A DNA stretch of 64,000 nucleotides. It comes from the human T2T-CHM13v2.0 reference genome, Homo sapiens. Below the pieces are notes generated by a model. That model saw nothing but the letters and a program-made list of their open reading frames with translations. It searched no databases and was not told where the DNA came from. Location: the NCBI RefSeq assembly GCF_009914755.1, contig NC_060930.1. One strand, 5' to 3'. The translations under genes were made by a program, and so were the position numbers. Positions 15,310 to 29,240 of this stretch are shown here, piece after piece (position 1 is the first letter of the stretch; each line of letters opens with the position of its first letter).

Positions 15310-15547
15310 AAATAGACTGTTTTTTTAAAGTACACAGCAAAATTGAAAGGAAGGTGCATAGAATTCCCATATTCCCTCTGTATCCACACATGTATAGCCT
15401 CCCACATCATCAATATCCACCACAGAACAGTACATTTATTACAACTGATGAGCATACACTGACACATCCTTATCACCCAAAGTCCACAGTTTACATTACT
15501 GTTCACTCTTAGTGGTGTACATTCTATGGGTTTGGACAAATGCATGA
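15310..15547 (-). mobile_element. L1MC 3' end fragment interrupted by THE1; resumes ~17805-17853
   Basis: cacagcaaaattga...ctatgggtttggacaaatg. Confidence 0.7.
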
Positions 15548-17804
15548 TGATATGGTTTGGCTGCATCCCCCCCAAAATCTCATCTTTAGTTCCCATAATC
15601 CCCATGTATCATAGGAGGCACCCAGTGGGAAGTAACTGTATAATGGGGGTGGTGACCCTCATGCTGTTCTTGTGATAGTGAGTTTTCATGAAATCTGATG
15701 GTTTTATAAGCGGCTTCTCCCACCCTTTACTCTAATTCTTCTCCTTGCTGCCACCATGTGAAGAAGCACATGTTCCATTTCCCCTTTTGCCACTACTGTG
15801 CATTTCCTGAGGCCTCCCCAGTCATGCTGAACTGTGAGTCCACTAAACCTCTTTCTTTTATAAATATCCAGTCTCAGATATGTCTTTATTAGCAGCGTGA
15901 GAATGAATTAATACAGTAGATTGTACTGGGTAGTGAGGCGCTGCTGTAAAGATACCCAAAAACGTGGAAGTGACTTTGGAACTGGGTAACAGGCAGAGGT
16001 TGGAATAGTTTGGCAGGCTCAGAAGAAGATAGGAAAATGTGGGAAGTTTGGAACTTCCTAGAGACTTGGAGGGCTCAGAAGACAGAAAGATATGGGAAAC
16101 TAGAGACTTGTTGAATGGCTTTGACCAAAATGCTGATAGTGATATGGACAATGAAGTCCAGGCTGAGGTGGTCTCAGATGAAGATGAGGAACTTCTTGGT
16201 AACTGGAGTAGAAAGGTCACTCTTGCTATGCAAAGAGACTGGCAGCATTTTGCCCCTGACTTAGAGATCTGTGGAACTTTGAAGTTGAGAGATATGATTA
16301 GGGTATCTAGCGGAAGAAATTTCTAAGTGGCAAAGTGTTTAACAGGAAGCAGAGCATAAAAGTTTAAAAAATTTGCAGCCTGACAGTGCAGTATAAAAGA
16401 AAAACTCATTTTCTGGGAAGAAATTCGAGCCCACTGCAGAAATTTGCGTGAGAAACAAGGAGATGAATATTAATCACCAAGACAATGGGGAAAATTTCTC
16501 TAGGGCATGTCAGAGACTTTCATGGCAGCCCCTCCCATAACAGGCCTGGAGGCCTAGGAGGAAAAAATGGTTTCGTGGGCCAGGCCCAGGGCTGCCCTGC
16601 TATGTGCAGCCTAGGGATTTGGTGCCCCGCATCCTAGCTGCTCCAGTCATGGCTAAAATGGGCCAAGGTACAGCTCAGGTTGTGGCTTCAGAGGGTGCAA
16701 GCCCCAAGCCTTGGTGGCTTACACATGGTGTTAGGCCTGTGGGTACACAGAAGTCAAGAACTGAACTTTGCGAACCTCTGCCTTGATTCAGAGGATATAT
16801 GGAAGTGCCTGGAAATCCAGGCAGAAGTTTGCTGCAGGGGTGGAGCCCTCATGGAGAACTTCTGCTAGGGCAGTGTGGGAGGGAAATGTGGGGTCGGAGC
16901 CCCGACCCAGAGTCCCCACTGGTGCACCACCTGGTGGAGCTGTGAGAAAAGGGCCACTGTCAACCAGACCCAGAATGGTAGATCCACTGACAGCTTGCAC
17001 TGTGCACCTGGAAAAGCCACAGACACTCAACACCAGCCCAGGAAAGCAGCCAGGAGGGGGGCTGTACCCTGCAAAGCCACAGGGACAGAGCTGCCCAAAG
17101 CCATGGGAGCCCACCTCTTGCATCAGCATGACCTGGATGTGAGACATGGAGTCAAAGGAGATCATTTTGGAACTTTAAGGTTTAATAAATGCCCTATTGG
17201 ATTTCAGACTTGCATGGAGCCTGCAGCCCCTTTGTTTTGGTCAACTTCTCTCATTTGGAATGGGTGTATTTACCCAAAGCCTGTATACTCATTGTATCTA
17301 GGAAGTAACTAACTTGCTTTTAATTTTACAGGCTCATAGGCAGAGAAGACTTGCCTTATCTCAGATGAGACTTTGGACTCGGATTGGGTTTTGAAATGTG
17401 AGTACATGAGATCTGGGAGGGGCCGGGGTGAAAAGATATAGTCTGGCTGTGTCCTCACTGAAATCTCATCTTGAATTGTAGTTACCATAATCTCCACATG
17501 TCGTGGGAGGGACCCGGTGTGAGGTAATTGAATCATGGGGGTGATTACCCTCATGCTGTCTCCTGATAGTGAGTGAGTTCTCATGAGATAAAATGGTTTT
17601 ATAAGGGGCTTCTCCTACCTTCACTCTCATTCTTCTCCTTGCTGTCACCATGTGACATGTGTTCACTTCCCCTTCCACGATGATTGTAAGTTTCCTGAGG
17701 CCTCCTAAGTCATGCTGAACTGTGAGTCAATTAAACCTCTTTTCTTTATAAATTACCTACTCTCAGGTATGTCTTTATTAGCAGCATGAGAACAGACTAA
17801 TACA
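15548..17804 (+). mobile_element. Complete MaLR element, THE1D-like: LTR 15548-15915, internal region, LTR 17434-17804
   Basis: Two tgatatggtttggc...ctaataca LTRs flanking THE1-int; TSD catga/tatga. Confidence 0.9.
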
Positions 17805-19537
17805 TATGATGACACATATCCACCACTACAGTATCATATAGAGTAGTTTCACTGGAAACAATGCTTGGGAAGACTGACCCATTAAATGATACCTATCCTT
17901 TTTAATGATGATTGTCCATTTAAATAGTATCTGGTCCTATAAAATGGTGTATCTTTAAATGGTGTATCTGGTCCTATATGGCCTTTGGCTTTTTAAATCA
18001 TGTGACCTTAAAATCCCTTCCTTATACTCCATGCTGTGATCTGCTTGGTCATTTTCCCAGCATTTTAAACTTTAGGTTAAATTTAATCTTTCTGGTGGCG
18101 ATTCCAAATCACCCTTAGGCACTGTCACTAGGCTATCTTTTCTGTTTTCACAGTTTTTCTTGGTCTGTTTTGCCCTCCATGAAGCCTGGCATGAATGGAA
18201 GTGTGGAAGAAGTGTGAGGAACTGAACACTGGAACTTACTTATGTTTTTTCCCTATTTATCCACAGCTATTTGTATTTTTGTATTCTCTGCCTATAAGTA
18301 ATGCTAAGGGTGTGGCTTTGTGCAGTGTTTTCCTAATTGGAAAGTTGTTTTTTGTTTTTAGTTTGGGAGACTGATTACTACCCAATTGCCATTGTTTTCT
18401 GCTACCAGGAAATGTGTATGGAGCATTTTTAGACACCAGGGGACATGCTAGAGCATGGAGAGAGAGAGGAACACAACTTTTCAATTAATAAAACATAGCT
18501 AAAAGAGAAAAGCAGGGCTCTAGTTGTCTGTTATAAAGAATGTGACAGTATGAGAGGGGAAAACCTTTAATTTTGTGTATCCAGGGTCAAATTCAGGCAG
18601 TGGCTTCTCTTGTTGATTCCTGCCACCTGACCAAGCAGATTTGGGTTTTTTTGGGGGGTGGGGGAAGATACTAACAAAATGGTTTATAACACTGATAAAA
18701 GGCATCACCTTCACAGTATGACTCTCTAGGCCTTCAACATTATGCAATGATGGTGATAAGCACCTGAAAGACAAAGTTTAATAAACTCTTTTATATCCAG
18801 AGCAAATGCATCTTTAGTTTAGACAGATTTTATAAAGCTCCTAAGCAGCAAATGGCAAGATAGGTTCTGGATACCAACACAACAGAGTTAAGAAAAACGG
18901 AATAATCCAGTGAATAGTGAGCCAGCTTTACTGTCATGAAAAACAATTTCATTTTCATTGCATGCAACTCTAAAAGTAAATACACAGTCACAATCCATTT
19001 ACCTGTAGAAAGCACTCTGCAATTTGTGGACTAAACCACTGACAACATTTAGCAGACAACTTTAGGGATGTTGAAGTCTATTATGATATAAGGTATTTCA
19101 TTCCCCTAGCATGCCACCCACCCATCCTGAACATCCTTGACTCCATAGGTAGAGTGTAGTGGTAAAATGTGATACCAATTACATTAACTATACAAATGGC
19201 CACAACTTGCCTTTTTTACTCACAAAGTGCTTTCACAGATGGGAAGGGCAGTTGTTATTTTCCTTCTACAGATACGAAATGAAAACAAAGGTTAAATCAT
19301 AGAGAGCCAAAGATTACACTAAAAGTCTTTGCCTTCTTCAAATATCAGGCAATGACAGATAAAATATAAAATGAGAGAATTCCAACTAATAGCTATACTC
19401 AGAAAACAAGCTAAGCACTTCCATGGACCAGAAGCACACAGTGTGGAGGCAGAGCTAAAGCCACGTGAGTGCCTAGTGGGGCTAAAGTTAAGGTCTTTTC
19501 ATTTCCAAGGTATCAAATTAAAAAAAATCATTATGAG

Positions 19538-19911
19538 TGATATGGTCTGGCTCTGTGTCTTCACCCAAATCTCAGCTCAAATTGTAATCCCCATAATCCC
19601 CAAGTGTTGAGGGAGTGTCCTGGTAGGAGGTGATTGAATCCTGGGTGCTGTTTCCCCCATGCTGTTCTCTTGACAGTGGGTGAGTTCTCACAAGATCTGA
19701 TGGTTTTATAAGTGTTTCACAGCTTCTCCTTCACACACTCTCTCTCACCCACCGCCATGTAAGACATGCCTTGCTTCCCCTTCCACCATGATTATAAATT
19801 TCCTGAGACCTCCCCAGCCACGTGGAACTGTAAGTCAATTAAACCTCTTTTCTTTATAAATTATCCAGCCTAAGGCGGTTCTTTATAGCAGTGTGAGAAT
19901 GGACTAATACA
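19538..19911 (+). mobile_element. Solo MaLR LTR (MSTA/THE1D-like)
   Basis: tgatatgg...actaataca with perfect TSD atgag. Confidence 0.9.
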
Positions 19912-20589
19912 ATGAGGACATTAAACACAGCTTGTAAATCTTTTTACTTTGTTCTGTTATTTTAATTTTTTAACAGAGGGGCTGGACTTAGACTGCATGA
20001 TGTTTATGAAAGGAAACCAAAGAAAATTGTTGCTGACAAATGCTGCAAGTTACGACTTACATGGGGTTTCTCATCTAGAGAAATAGAAAAACACAGATAT
20101 AGATGCAGAAGCAGCTGCAAAACTACCATGGGGGTGGGGCAAGTTGTGGGAAGGAGTAAGGAGGAGAAAACAGTTGTTAAACAAGGTGAGCTTGCAAATC
20201 AAAATTCCAAAACACATGAAGACATCTAATTTAGCCACAAAATTAACAAGTAGAAGAATAAGCACTTTCAGAAAAAAATAAAATAACAGAACCAACTAAG
20301 AATATTTATAGGCTATGTTAATATCTTCATAGAGATTTTTAAAATGTGATACCTTGGAAATGAAAATATATAGCCACTGAAATAGAACTCAATAGTGGAG
20401 ATAAACAACAGAATGAGTGAACTGGAAGATCTAGTACTGAGGAATTTATTCTGATACAGCTCTGAGATAAAAGTAAGTATGAGTGTGTATTTACAAATCA
20501 CATATATATATATGTATATATGTATATATATGAAAAAACAGTTAAGAGACAAGGAGAATAGGCAAGGAGAATGCAAGAATGACTCTAAT

Positions 20590-21020
20590 AGTATTAGACC
20601 ATTCTTGCATTGCTATAGAGAAATATCTAAGACTGGGTAATTTATAAATAAGAGAGGTTTAACTGGCTCATGGTTCTGCAGGCTTTATAGGAAGCATGGT
20701 GCTGGCATCTGCTTGGCTTCTAGGGAGTCTTCAGGAAGCTTACAATCATAGCAGAAGGTGAAGGGGAAGCAGGCTCATCACATGGAGAAAGCAGAGCAAG
20801 CAAGAGAGAGGGGTGGGGGTGCCACACACTTTTAAACTAGCAGATCTTGTGTGAACTCAGAGCGAGTGCTCACTTATCACCAAGGAGCTAGCCCATGCCA
20901 TTCATGAGAGATACACCCCTGTGACCCAAACAGCCTCCCACCAGGCCCCACCCACCTCCAAAATCTTGGATTAAAATTCAACATAAGATTTGGATGGGGA
21001 CAAATATTCAAACTACATCA
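20590..21020 (-). mobile_element. Solo MaLR LTR (MSTB-like) inserted in a degenerate L1M/HAL1-like fragment (~20080-21720)
   Basis: gtattag...aactacatca; TSD ctaat/ccaat. Confidence 0.8.
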
Positions 21021-23554
21021 CCAATATATGTCTAATAGAAGGTCGGAATGAGGAAATGGGGGTGGGGATAATGGAAATTTAATATATAATAGCTGATCAT
21101 TTTATAGAACTACTTAAAGACAGGAGTTCTTACATGTATTCTGAGTACTACGTAGAATAAGTTTTTAAAACTCCACACTGAAGACATCACTGTAAATCTA
21201 TAGTATATCAAGCATGAAGATAAAATCTTACAGGCCAGCAGGAAAAAGAAAGGAGACAGTTTATCTTCAAAGAAATAGCAAATAGTCTTACAACAGCTGT
21301 CTTATCAACAAAAATAGATGTCAGCAGGCAATGAGTGATAGATCTTCAAAGCGAAAAGGGGTATAGAATTCTATACTTAGCTTAGCCATCACTAAAGACT
21401 GTGAACAAAATGAAGACATTTCCAGATGTACAAAGACTAAGAGAGTTTCCCATTCACAAACTATCAGTGACAGGAATACTACAGGAAGTGAGATGCAAGA
21501 AAAAAAAAAGCCTGACAATTATATGTATTAGGTAATGAACATGAAAATATTTAAAATAATGGATTTTTGTGTTTTTAAGTGGAACCAGGAAAAATAATAC
21601 ATAATAGTAATGGGGAAATGTGGGATGAGAGGGTGGAATGTGCCTAGAGGTGGTAAAAAAAAAACAATGGTAAGGTCTTTGCTTGTTTAAAAAAGGTAAA
21701 TATACTGAACAATTTAGTCTCTGCTAGAAAATCCTAGATATATTCCATCCTGCCCCTGCCAAAGATTGTAGACGTCAGTCTAACTACATTAGTGAAACAA
21801 AAATGTAATATAAACAGATTTAACTCTGCTATTTAAAATAAAAATACCAAGAACAAAGCCTTCTATTTTAAGTGCTCTGATTTCTGCTAAAAACATTAGC
21901 ATATTTTGGGGACTCAATGAAAAGCAGCTGATGGTTCAAATGATCAATGTCTCAAATATTTATTGCCTTTACAAATGATTTTCAAGCTGAAGTTAAATCA
22001 GAAGAAAATAATAATTTACTACCAGCAGGAAGAGAACCAGAAATATAGGGACTATGGACACATACAGGTTTTGTTTTTTTTTTAATGAAGAACTGCATTC
22101 AGTTCTAAAGAGTCAAGATAAGGAGCCAGCACTGAAACATTATTCTGCCAATTTAGTCTGTGCTCTGTTATCACAGCTTTGGACTATATACCAGACAACC
22201 TTTGTATGCTATGGATTAATCACACTGTCTTAAATTTCTGAAAGCCAACTGTTGATGCTAATTGCTTTAAGCCCCTAATTGAAGCCCCTTCCCTGCTGCC
22301 CAGACATGATCACTTGGTTTGTGACCATCACTTCCAACCTCCAAACCCCAAAGAAGCAATGTGCTAATCTCAGAGAAGGGCAAACTGGATGATAATTTTT
22401 CTTTTTCAGGCTAGTTTAATCCACAAGCTCTTACACTTCTGTGAAACTTTCAACTACTAGAAGTTAGAATCAGTTTAGCGCAGGAGGAATGAAAACACTA
22501 GGGTATAGACAGGGAAAGTGACTTAGGTCCAGTCACGCTGGTTGCTGGTTTCATAACAGTCATGAAGGAGCCCAATCATATCTTCCACCTCCACTGCAGG
22601 CCCTTTTCTTTACTGCTCCATAGATGAGGTCTATAAGAGCAAGGACCAAAGGGACAATAAAATAATTTCATTCTTGTTTCCCATGCTTCCTTTGGCTTAT
22701 TTCCATTTAGACTAGAAAAGATCCCCCAATACCTCTTCTATTCTAAATATTCTCACTTTGCTGAAATGATTACTCACTACCAGGAGGGCTCACAAGAGGT
22801 TCTCAATGGAGGCTTGAGAACAGTTTCACCTTCCAAACTACATTCCCTTGAAGGCTGACATCCTCCCCAGGCTGTTGTTTCCCCCTTCTAACAAAACAAA
22901 ACAAAACAAACAAACAACAAAAACAAAAACACACAAAAAAAGCTCCTGAGAACAACACAGCAGCTCCCTCCATGAGTGAAGCAAGCTCAGTTATTTCAAT
23001 CTTGATCCCACTTTGTTTCTAAAAGCAGACACATATCTTTAGCCTCCTTTCCAAGGAAGTAAGACCCACCACTTGACTGAACACAGCCATGCTCAGTGTG
23101 TGGGAAAGAACGAAGTCCTCTCAGTAGCAGCTCCAGGCAACAGAAGAGGCTCACATTTTAGAAATCTTTCTTGGAGTAACTATACTTATAAGTAAAATAC
23201 AAAGACAAAATCACTGAAAAATTCCTAAGCCATAAATGTTTCAATGTGCACCAAGAACCAGAGTGAAAAATAAAAGGGGAAGCCGAAAGTGCAAAAAGTC
23301 TAAGGGAGGGTAGAGAAGGAAGACGAAAGGGGGGAAATTACGGGCTGTCAGAGAACATTTCAAGTTTCTGTGACAAACAGCCCTTCGGACAGGGTTCTTC
23401 CTTTACTAGCCTCCACATGAAAGAGTTACCTATGTCTCAGAGGCAGGAAGAGCCAAGGGCCAGATGGCACCCTAACCCCATCATTCCTGTCCCTTCCTGG
23501 CAGCTGTTAGGGAGGTCTTACGGCATCAACTCCATCCTCTTGGAGAGCACACGG

Positions 23555-23580
23555 GCGTGTGCGCGCGCACACACACACAC
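23555..23580. repeat. (GC)n(CA)n alternating purine-pyrimidine microsatellite
   Basis: gcgtgtgcgcgcgcacacacacacac. Confidence 0.8.
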
Positions 23581-24289
23581 AACAACCCTATGTAATCTGA
23601 CTTTATCTATATTTTTCCTCAGTTAAACACTTCTAGGATGTTCACAAGAAATAAGGTTCTATAACATTTAAGGAATACAGTTATATTATGCAGACTGGGT
23701 GAATAAATCAGGAACAGCTGGGAACAGACAAAAATGACTCTGTGCCTCTACTTTAAACGAACTTTAAAAACACTTACATATGTAATTTAACCCAACCCTT
23801 CATCCCATAGATAACGAAACTGGGATCCATAGAGGGTTATCTGCCTAGAAGAGGGTCAGCAGTCCAGACTAGATCTTGAGTGTCTGACATCAGCGTGAGC
23901 GACTGTCCTACCACATCAGACGTGCCGTGAGAGAGAGGACTACAGAGGCTGCACATCCCTGAGAAAAGCAAGAAGCCCGGATATCAGGAGATGTGGGGAT
24001 GCCGGGTGTTCACACCAATGGCAGAAAGAGGAGTGACAGAGGTAACACCAGGATTCTACAAGACATCTGAGGGTAAAGAGAGAAGGAAAATAAAAAAACA
24101 CAAACTTGATGACAACTATTCAGTTTAGTGCAATACAGACTGTGTTAAGTGCAGGTTAATAAGGAGCAGTGAAGAAAAGAGGAAAATAATTAAGCTATTT
24201 GGACCTGTGACTAGATGTTGTTATAATTAAAATTCTTTCATTTCTCACTTTAGTTGGTGTATATTCTCTTATCACGTGTTTCTTACAGT

Positions 24290-24470
24290 TTTCGTTCTTG
24301 AAATTCCCTATCATACACACTTTTGGATGCTTGTTAATGCAGATTTTTGGGCTCTACTTCAGGGCTATTGAATCGGAATCTCTCTGGCTAGGACTCCGAT
24401 TTCTTAGATCACTAAGAAATCTAAATTTTAAACAAGCTTCCCATGTATACTGACATTTAAGAACTAGCAC
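24290..24470. mobile_element. MER5-type hAT MITE, degenerate
   Basis: gcttgttaatgcagatt...gaatcggaatctct...tttaaacaagcttccc. Confidence 0.5.
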
Positions 24471-24473
24471 CAT

Positions 24474-24650
24474 AGTCTGGTGTGGTGGCATGCACCTATA
24501 ATCCCAGCTACATGGGAGGCTGAGGCAAGAGGATTGCTTGAACTCAGCAGTTCGAGGCTGCAGTGAGCTACGATCGTGCTACTACACTCCACACTCCAGC
24601 CAAGGTGACCGAGTGAGACTGGACACCCTGTCTATTAAAAAAAAAAAAAA
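24474..24650 (+). mobile_element. Alu monomer (FAM/FRAM-like)
   Basis: Single monomer with A tail; degenerate TSD aagaactagcaccat/aagaacgagtaccat. Confidence 0.8.
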
Positions 24651-24970
24651 GAACGAGTACCATTCATAATAATGTCATCACAGAATTAGACAAACCCTAT
24701 CTGTCTTCCAGTTCTCCTTATCCCCATTTCTGTGTTACAGATACTGAGGTAAGAGAAGGTGAGTGCTCTCAAATCACAAAGGCTGCCCAGAGCCTGCCAG
24801 GCCTTGCCCCTAGGCCTTCTCTCCCCACCATGAAGGACAGATGGACTGAATTGGGCTAGGTAGCCATTGGTTCAATTTTAAGATTCTATATTTTTAGTTT
24901 GCTAAAAGTAAAAATATGTATTGTTTTGCTAATGAAAAACCCATACCACATCGTCTATCGTGGGTACATA

Positions 24971-25375
24971 CAGTCATGAGCTGCATAATGATGTCTGATC
25001 AACAAGGGACCACATGTACAACAGTAGTCTCATAAGATTATAATGGAGCTGCCCTATATGAGTACACCACTTTTTATCTTTTGTACCATATTTTTACTGT
25101 ACCTTTTCTATGTTTAGATATATTTTGATACACAAATACTTACCATTGTATTACAATTGCCTACAGTATTCAGTACAGTGCCATATAGGCTTGCAGCCTA
25201 GGAGCAATGGGCCATACCACATAGCCTAGGTGTGTAGTAGACTGTCCCAGCCCATCTAGGTTTGTGTCTGTCCCAGCCCATCCAGGTTTGTGTAAGTGCA
25301 CTCTATGACATTCTCTGTGATGCCTCATGACATGTTTCTCAGAATGTATCTCTATCATTAAGTGATACATGACGG
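24971..25375. mobile_element. Tigger3-type DNA transposon MITE
   Basis: TA|cagtcatg...catgacgg|TA termini; internal ~26-bp tandem duplication at 25242-25293. Confidence 0.8.
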
Positions 25376-26504
25376 TATTTCCTTTAGAATCAGGAAAAAA
25401 TTAACTTACTAAACACAACCAAACAAAACAAGAAACATAATTATAGACTTAGTAAGCTATACATCATCCCTGCTTCTCTCAATAAAGCAAAGGGCAGAGC
25501 ATCCTAAGTCCCATCAGACCTCCCCTACGAAGTGCTACAGAAAGCACAGAAACTGTCCAGCTTTGCCCACAACCTCAACTCCTTGGTAGGGACAGAAATG
25601 TCTGAGGGGCAGGTCACGTGGCAGGTATCTGGGTAGGGAATCGGCCTTTTGAAAGATGTGATGTGGCAGCAACGTGGATCTGACTAAATTTCTGGTTAAC
25701 CTCCAGGCTGTCTGCCTGGCCCCATCCTCCACATTCTCTCTAGAGTATGGCAAAAAGGAGAGTCCAAAATGAAAGGAGGCAGAGGATGAGACAATTCAGA
25801 TTAGAGAACTGTATTCAACTAAGAATACCTGCTTATTTCCCCAGACCACAGAACACCCTGCAGGGCAAAAAGGAATGAAGATGACAACATCTTTCACATC
25901 CAAATTGCTGAGGCAATTCTCAGAAATTGTTTTGAGGAGAGAGATGGAAAATAGGACAGTAATCACTACCTTTGAGAACGAAGTTCCTAAATACAATGAC
26001 CAGCACTCAAGTCCTGATTATCTTTGCACACTGAGGACAAAGGCATTAGCAGGAAAGGAAAAATAGTGGACACATCCAGGGACCCGAAGGTGCCAACACC
26101 ACTCCCATCTCAGTTTCCTGGGATGCACACGTGGATTACCACAAGTGCTGAGTGAAAATTCTAGGGAGTGCCTGCCCATCTTGGTTCAGGTCTGTCTGCT
26201 TCATGACTACATCTGCAGAAGCCCTTTGACATGTGGAATCACTCACACCCTTCTTCCCTACCCACTCTCAGTTAATAACAGGACCCTGAGACCCTCATAT
26301 ATAATGTCCCCAAGGCCCATTGATAGTCTCTTGGGAAAAGTATATGTCTTCATGCCAGGAGATGAAACAGAGGAAAGAGCAGAGTATTGTCAGTACTGTG
26401 CCCCAGCCAGCATCTTCAATGAGCCCAATTTTATATTAATATATATATTTGTGTGTGCGTGTATAAGCAGATATTAAAAATAGGACTAAGAATTACTCTA
26501 AAAT

Positions 26505-26792
<288 letters not shown>

Positions 26793-27161
26793 CAATTACT
26801 TTAAAATGTCAATACTGGTTACTCCCAGTGATCTTAATTTTCTTTATATTTTTATGAATTTTCCAATTTTTTTTATGAAAAAAGGTTTTATTTTATATAT
26901 ATAATTAGGGGAAAACATGACTTAAAAAAAAATAATGGCTATAATTCACCCAGAGATGAAAGTGGAATATAACAGATGAGGTCATTTATGTAGTACAATG
27001 TTTGAAAGTATATAGAAAAAAAAGAGTGCAGAGATAAAAAGTTCACTTTCTCTTGTCTATAGCCCATTGTTGCTACTTACCTGTAAAATTCCCAGGCCTC
27101 TGTCTATCTATTTCTAGGAGCCCCTATAAGTTATTATATTATTATTTTTTAAGTTCTTCAG

Positions 27162-28835
27162 TAATACAGTTTGGCTCTGTGTCCCCACCCAAATCTCCCT
27201 TTGAATTGTAATCCCCAGAATCCCCATGCATCAGGGGCAGGACTAGGTGGAGGTAATCGGATCATGGGGGCAGCTTCCCTCATGCTGCTCTCGTGATAGT
27301 GAGTGAGTTCTCATGAGATCTGATAGTTTTATAAGCATCTGGCATTTCCCCTGTTGGCACTCATTCTCTCTCCTCCTGCCCTGTGAAGAGGTACCTTCTG
27401 CCATGATTGTAAGTTTCCTGAGGCATCCCAAGCCATACAGAACTGTGAGTTAATTAAATCTCTTTATAAACTGCCCAGTCTCAGGGAGTTCTTTATAGCA
27501 GCAAGAAAGGACTAATATAGTAAACTGGTACCAGTAGAGTGGGGTGCTGCTATAAATATACCCAAAACGTGGAAGTGACTTTGGAACTGGGAAACGGGCA
27601 GAGGTTGGAACAGTTTGGAGGGCTCAGAGGAAGACAGGAAGATGTGAGAAAGTTTGGAACTTCCTAGAGATTATTGAATGGTTTTGACCAACATGCTGAT
27701 AGTGATATGAAGAATGAAGTCCAGGCTGAGGTGGTCTCAGATGGAGATAAGAAACTTGTTGGGAACTGGAATAGAAAGGTCACTCTTGCTATGTTTTAGC
27801 AAAGAGACTGGAGGCATTTTGCCCCTGTCCTAGAGATCTGTGGAACTTTGAGAGATATGTTCTGAAATTGGAACTTATATTTAAAGGGGAAGCAGAGCAT
27901 AAAAGATTGGAAAATTTGCAGCCTGACAATGTGATGGAAAACAAAAACCCATATTCTGGGAAAAAATGCAAGCTGGCTGCAGAAATTTGCATAAGATACA
28001 AGGAGCAGAATGTTAATCACCAAGACAATGGGAAAAATGTCTCCAGGGCATGTCAGAGACCTTCAGGGCAGCCCCTCCCATCACAGGCCCAGAGTGCTAG
28101 GAGGAAAAAATGGTTTTGTGGGCCAGGCCCAGGCCTGCATCCCAGCCACTGCCTATTCAGCTCCAGCCATGGCTAAAAGGGGCCAACGTACAGCTCAGGT
28201 CATTGTTTCAAAGGGTGCAAGCCCCAAGCCCTGGTGGCTTACATGTGGTATTGGCCCTGTGAGTGCACAGTTGTCAAGAATTGAAGTTTGGGAAGCTCCA
28301 CCTAGATTTCAGAGGATGTATGGAAATGCCTGGATGTCCAGGCAGAGGTTGCCGCAGGCACAGAGCCCTTACGGAGAACCTCTGCTAGGGCAGTGAGGAG
28401 CAGAAATGTGGGGTCTGAGCCCCCACACAGAGTACCCACTGGGGCACTGCCTAGTGGAGCTGTGAGAAGAGGGCCACCATCAACCAGACCACAGAATGGT
28501 AGCTCCACCGACAGCTTGCACTGTGCACCTGCACAGACACTCAACACCAGCCCATGAAAGCAGCCAGGAGGGGGGCTGTACCCTGCAAAGCCACAGGGGC
28601 AGAGCTGCCCAAAGCATCGGAGCTCACCTCTTGCCTCAGCATGACCTGAATGTGAAACATGGAGTCAAAGGAGATCAGTTTTGAACTTTAAGATTTAATG
28701 ACTGCCCTATTGGATTTCAGACTTACATGGGGCCTGTAGCCCCTTTGTTTTGGCCAATTTCTCCCCTGTGGAATGGGTGTATTTACCTAATGCCTGTAAC
28801 CCCACTGTATCTAGGAAGTAACTGACTTGCTTTTT
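27162..28835 (+). mobile_element. MaLR (THE1D/MSTA-like) 5' LTR (27162-27519) plus internal region, lacking 3' LTR
   Basis: Colinear with the element at 15548-17804 up to ggaagtaactgacttgctttt, then switches to L1 sequence. Confidence 0.85.
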
Positions 28836-28928
28836 TTTAGAATACCCTATCCACTGTCCCCCTGACAGGGAAAGCAAATTTGACAACTATCTACACACAA
28901 AAAAGCACCTTCTTAAGAACCGAAACTC

Positions 28929-29240
<312 letters not shown>

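Noticed and set aside
16010-16105. Duplicated ggctcagaaga...gggaa block in THE1 internal region
   Set aside because: As I recall it is a feature of the THE1D internal consensus rather than a locus-specific event.
17880-17980. Short direct repeats (aaatggtgtatct, gtatctggtcctata), with similar micro-duplications at ~9375, ~14270, ~51225 and ~63885
   Set aside because: Ordinary slippage duplications with no spacer periodicity; not a CRISPR-like or functional array.
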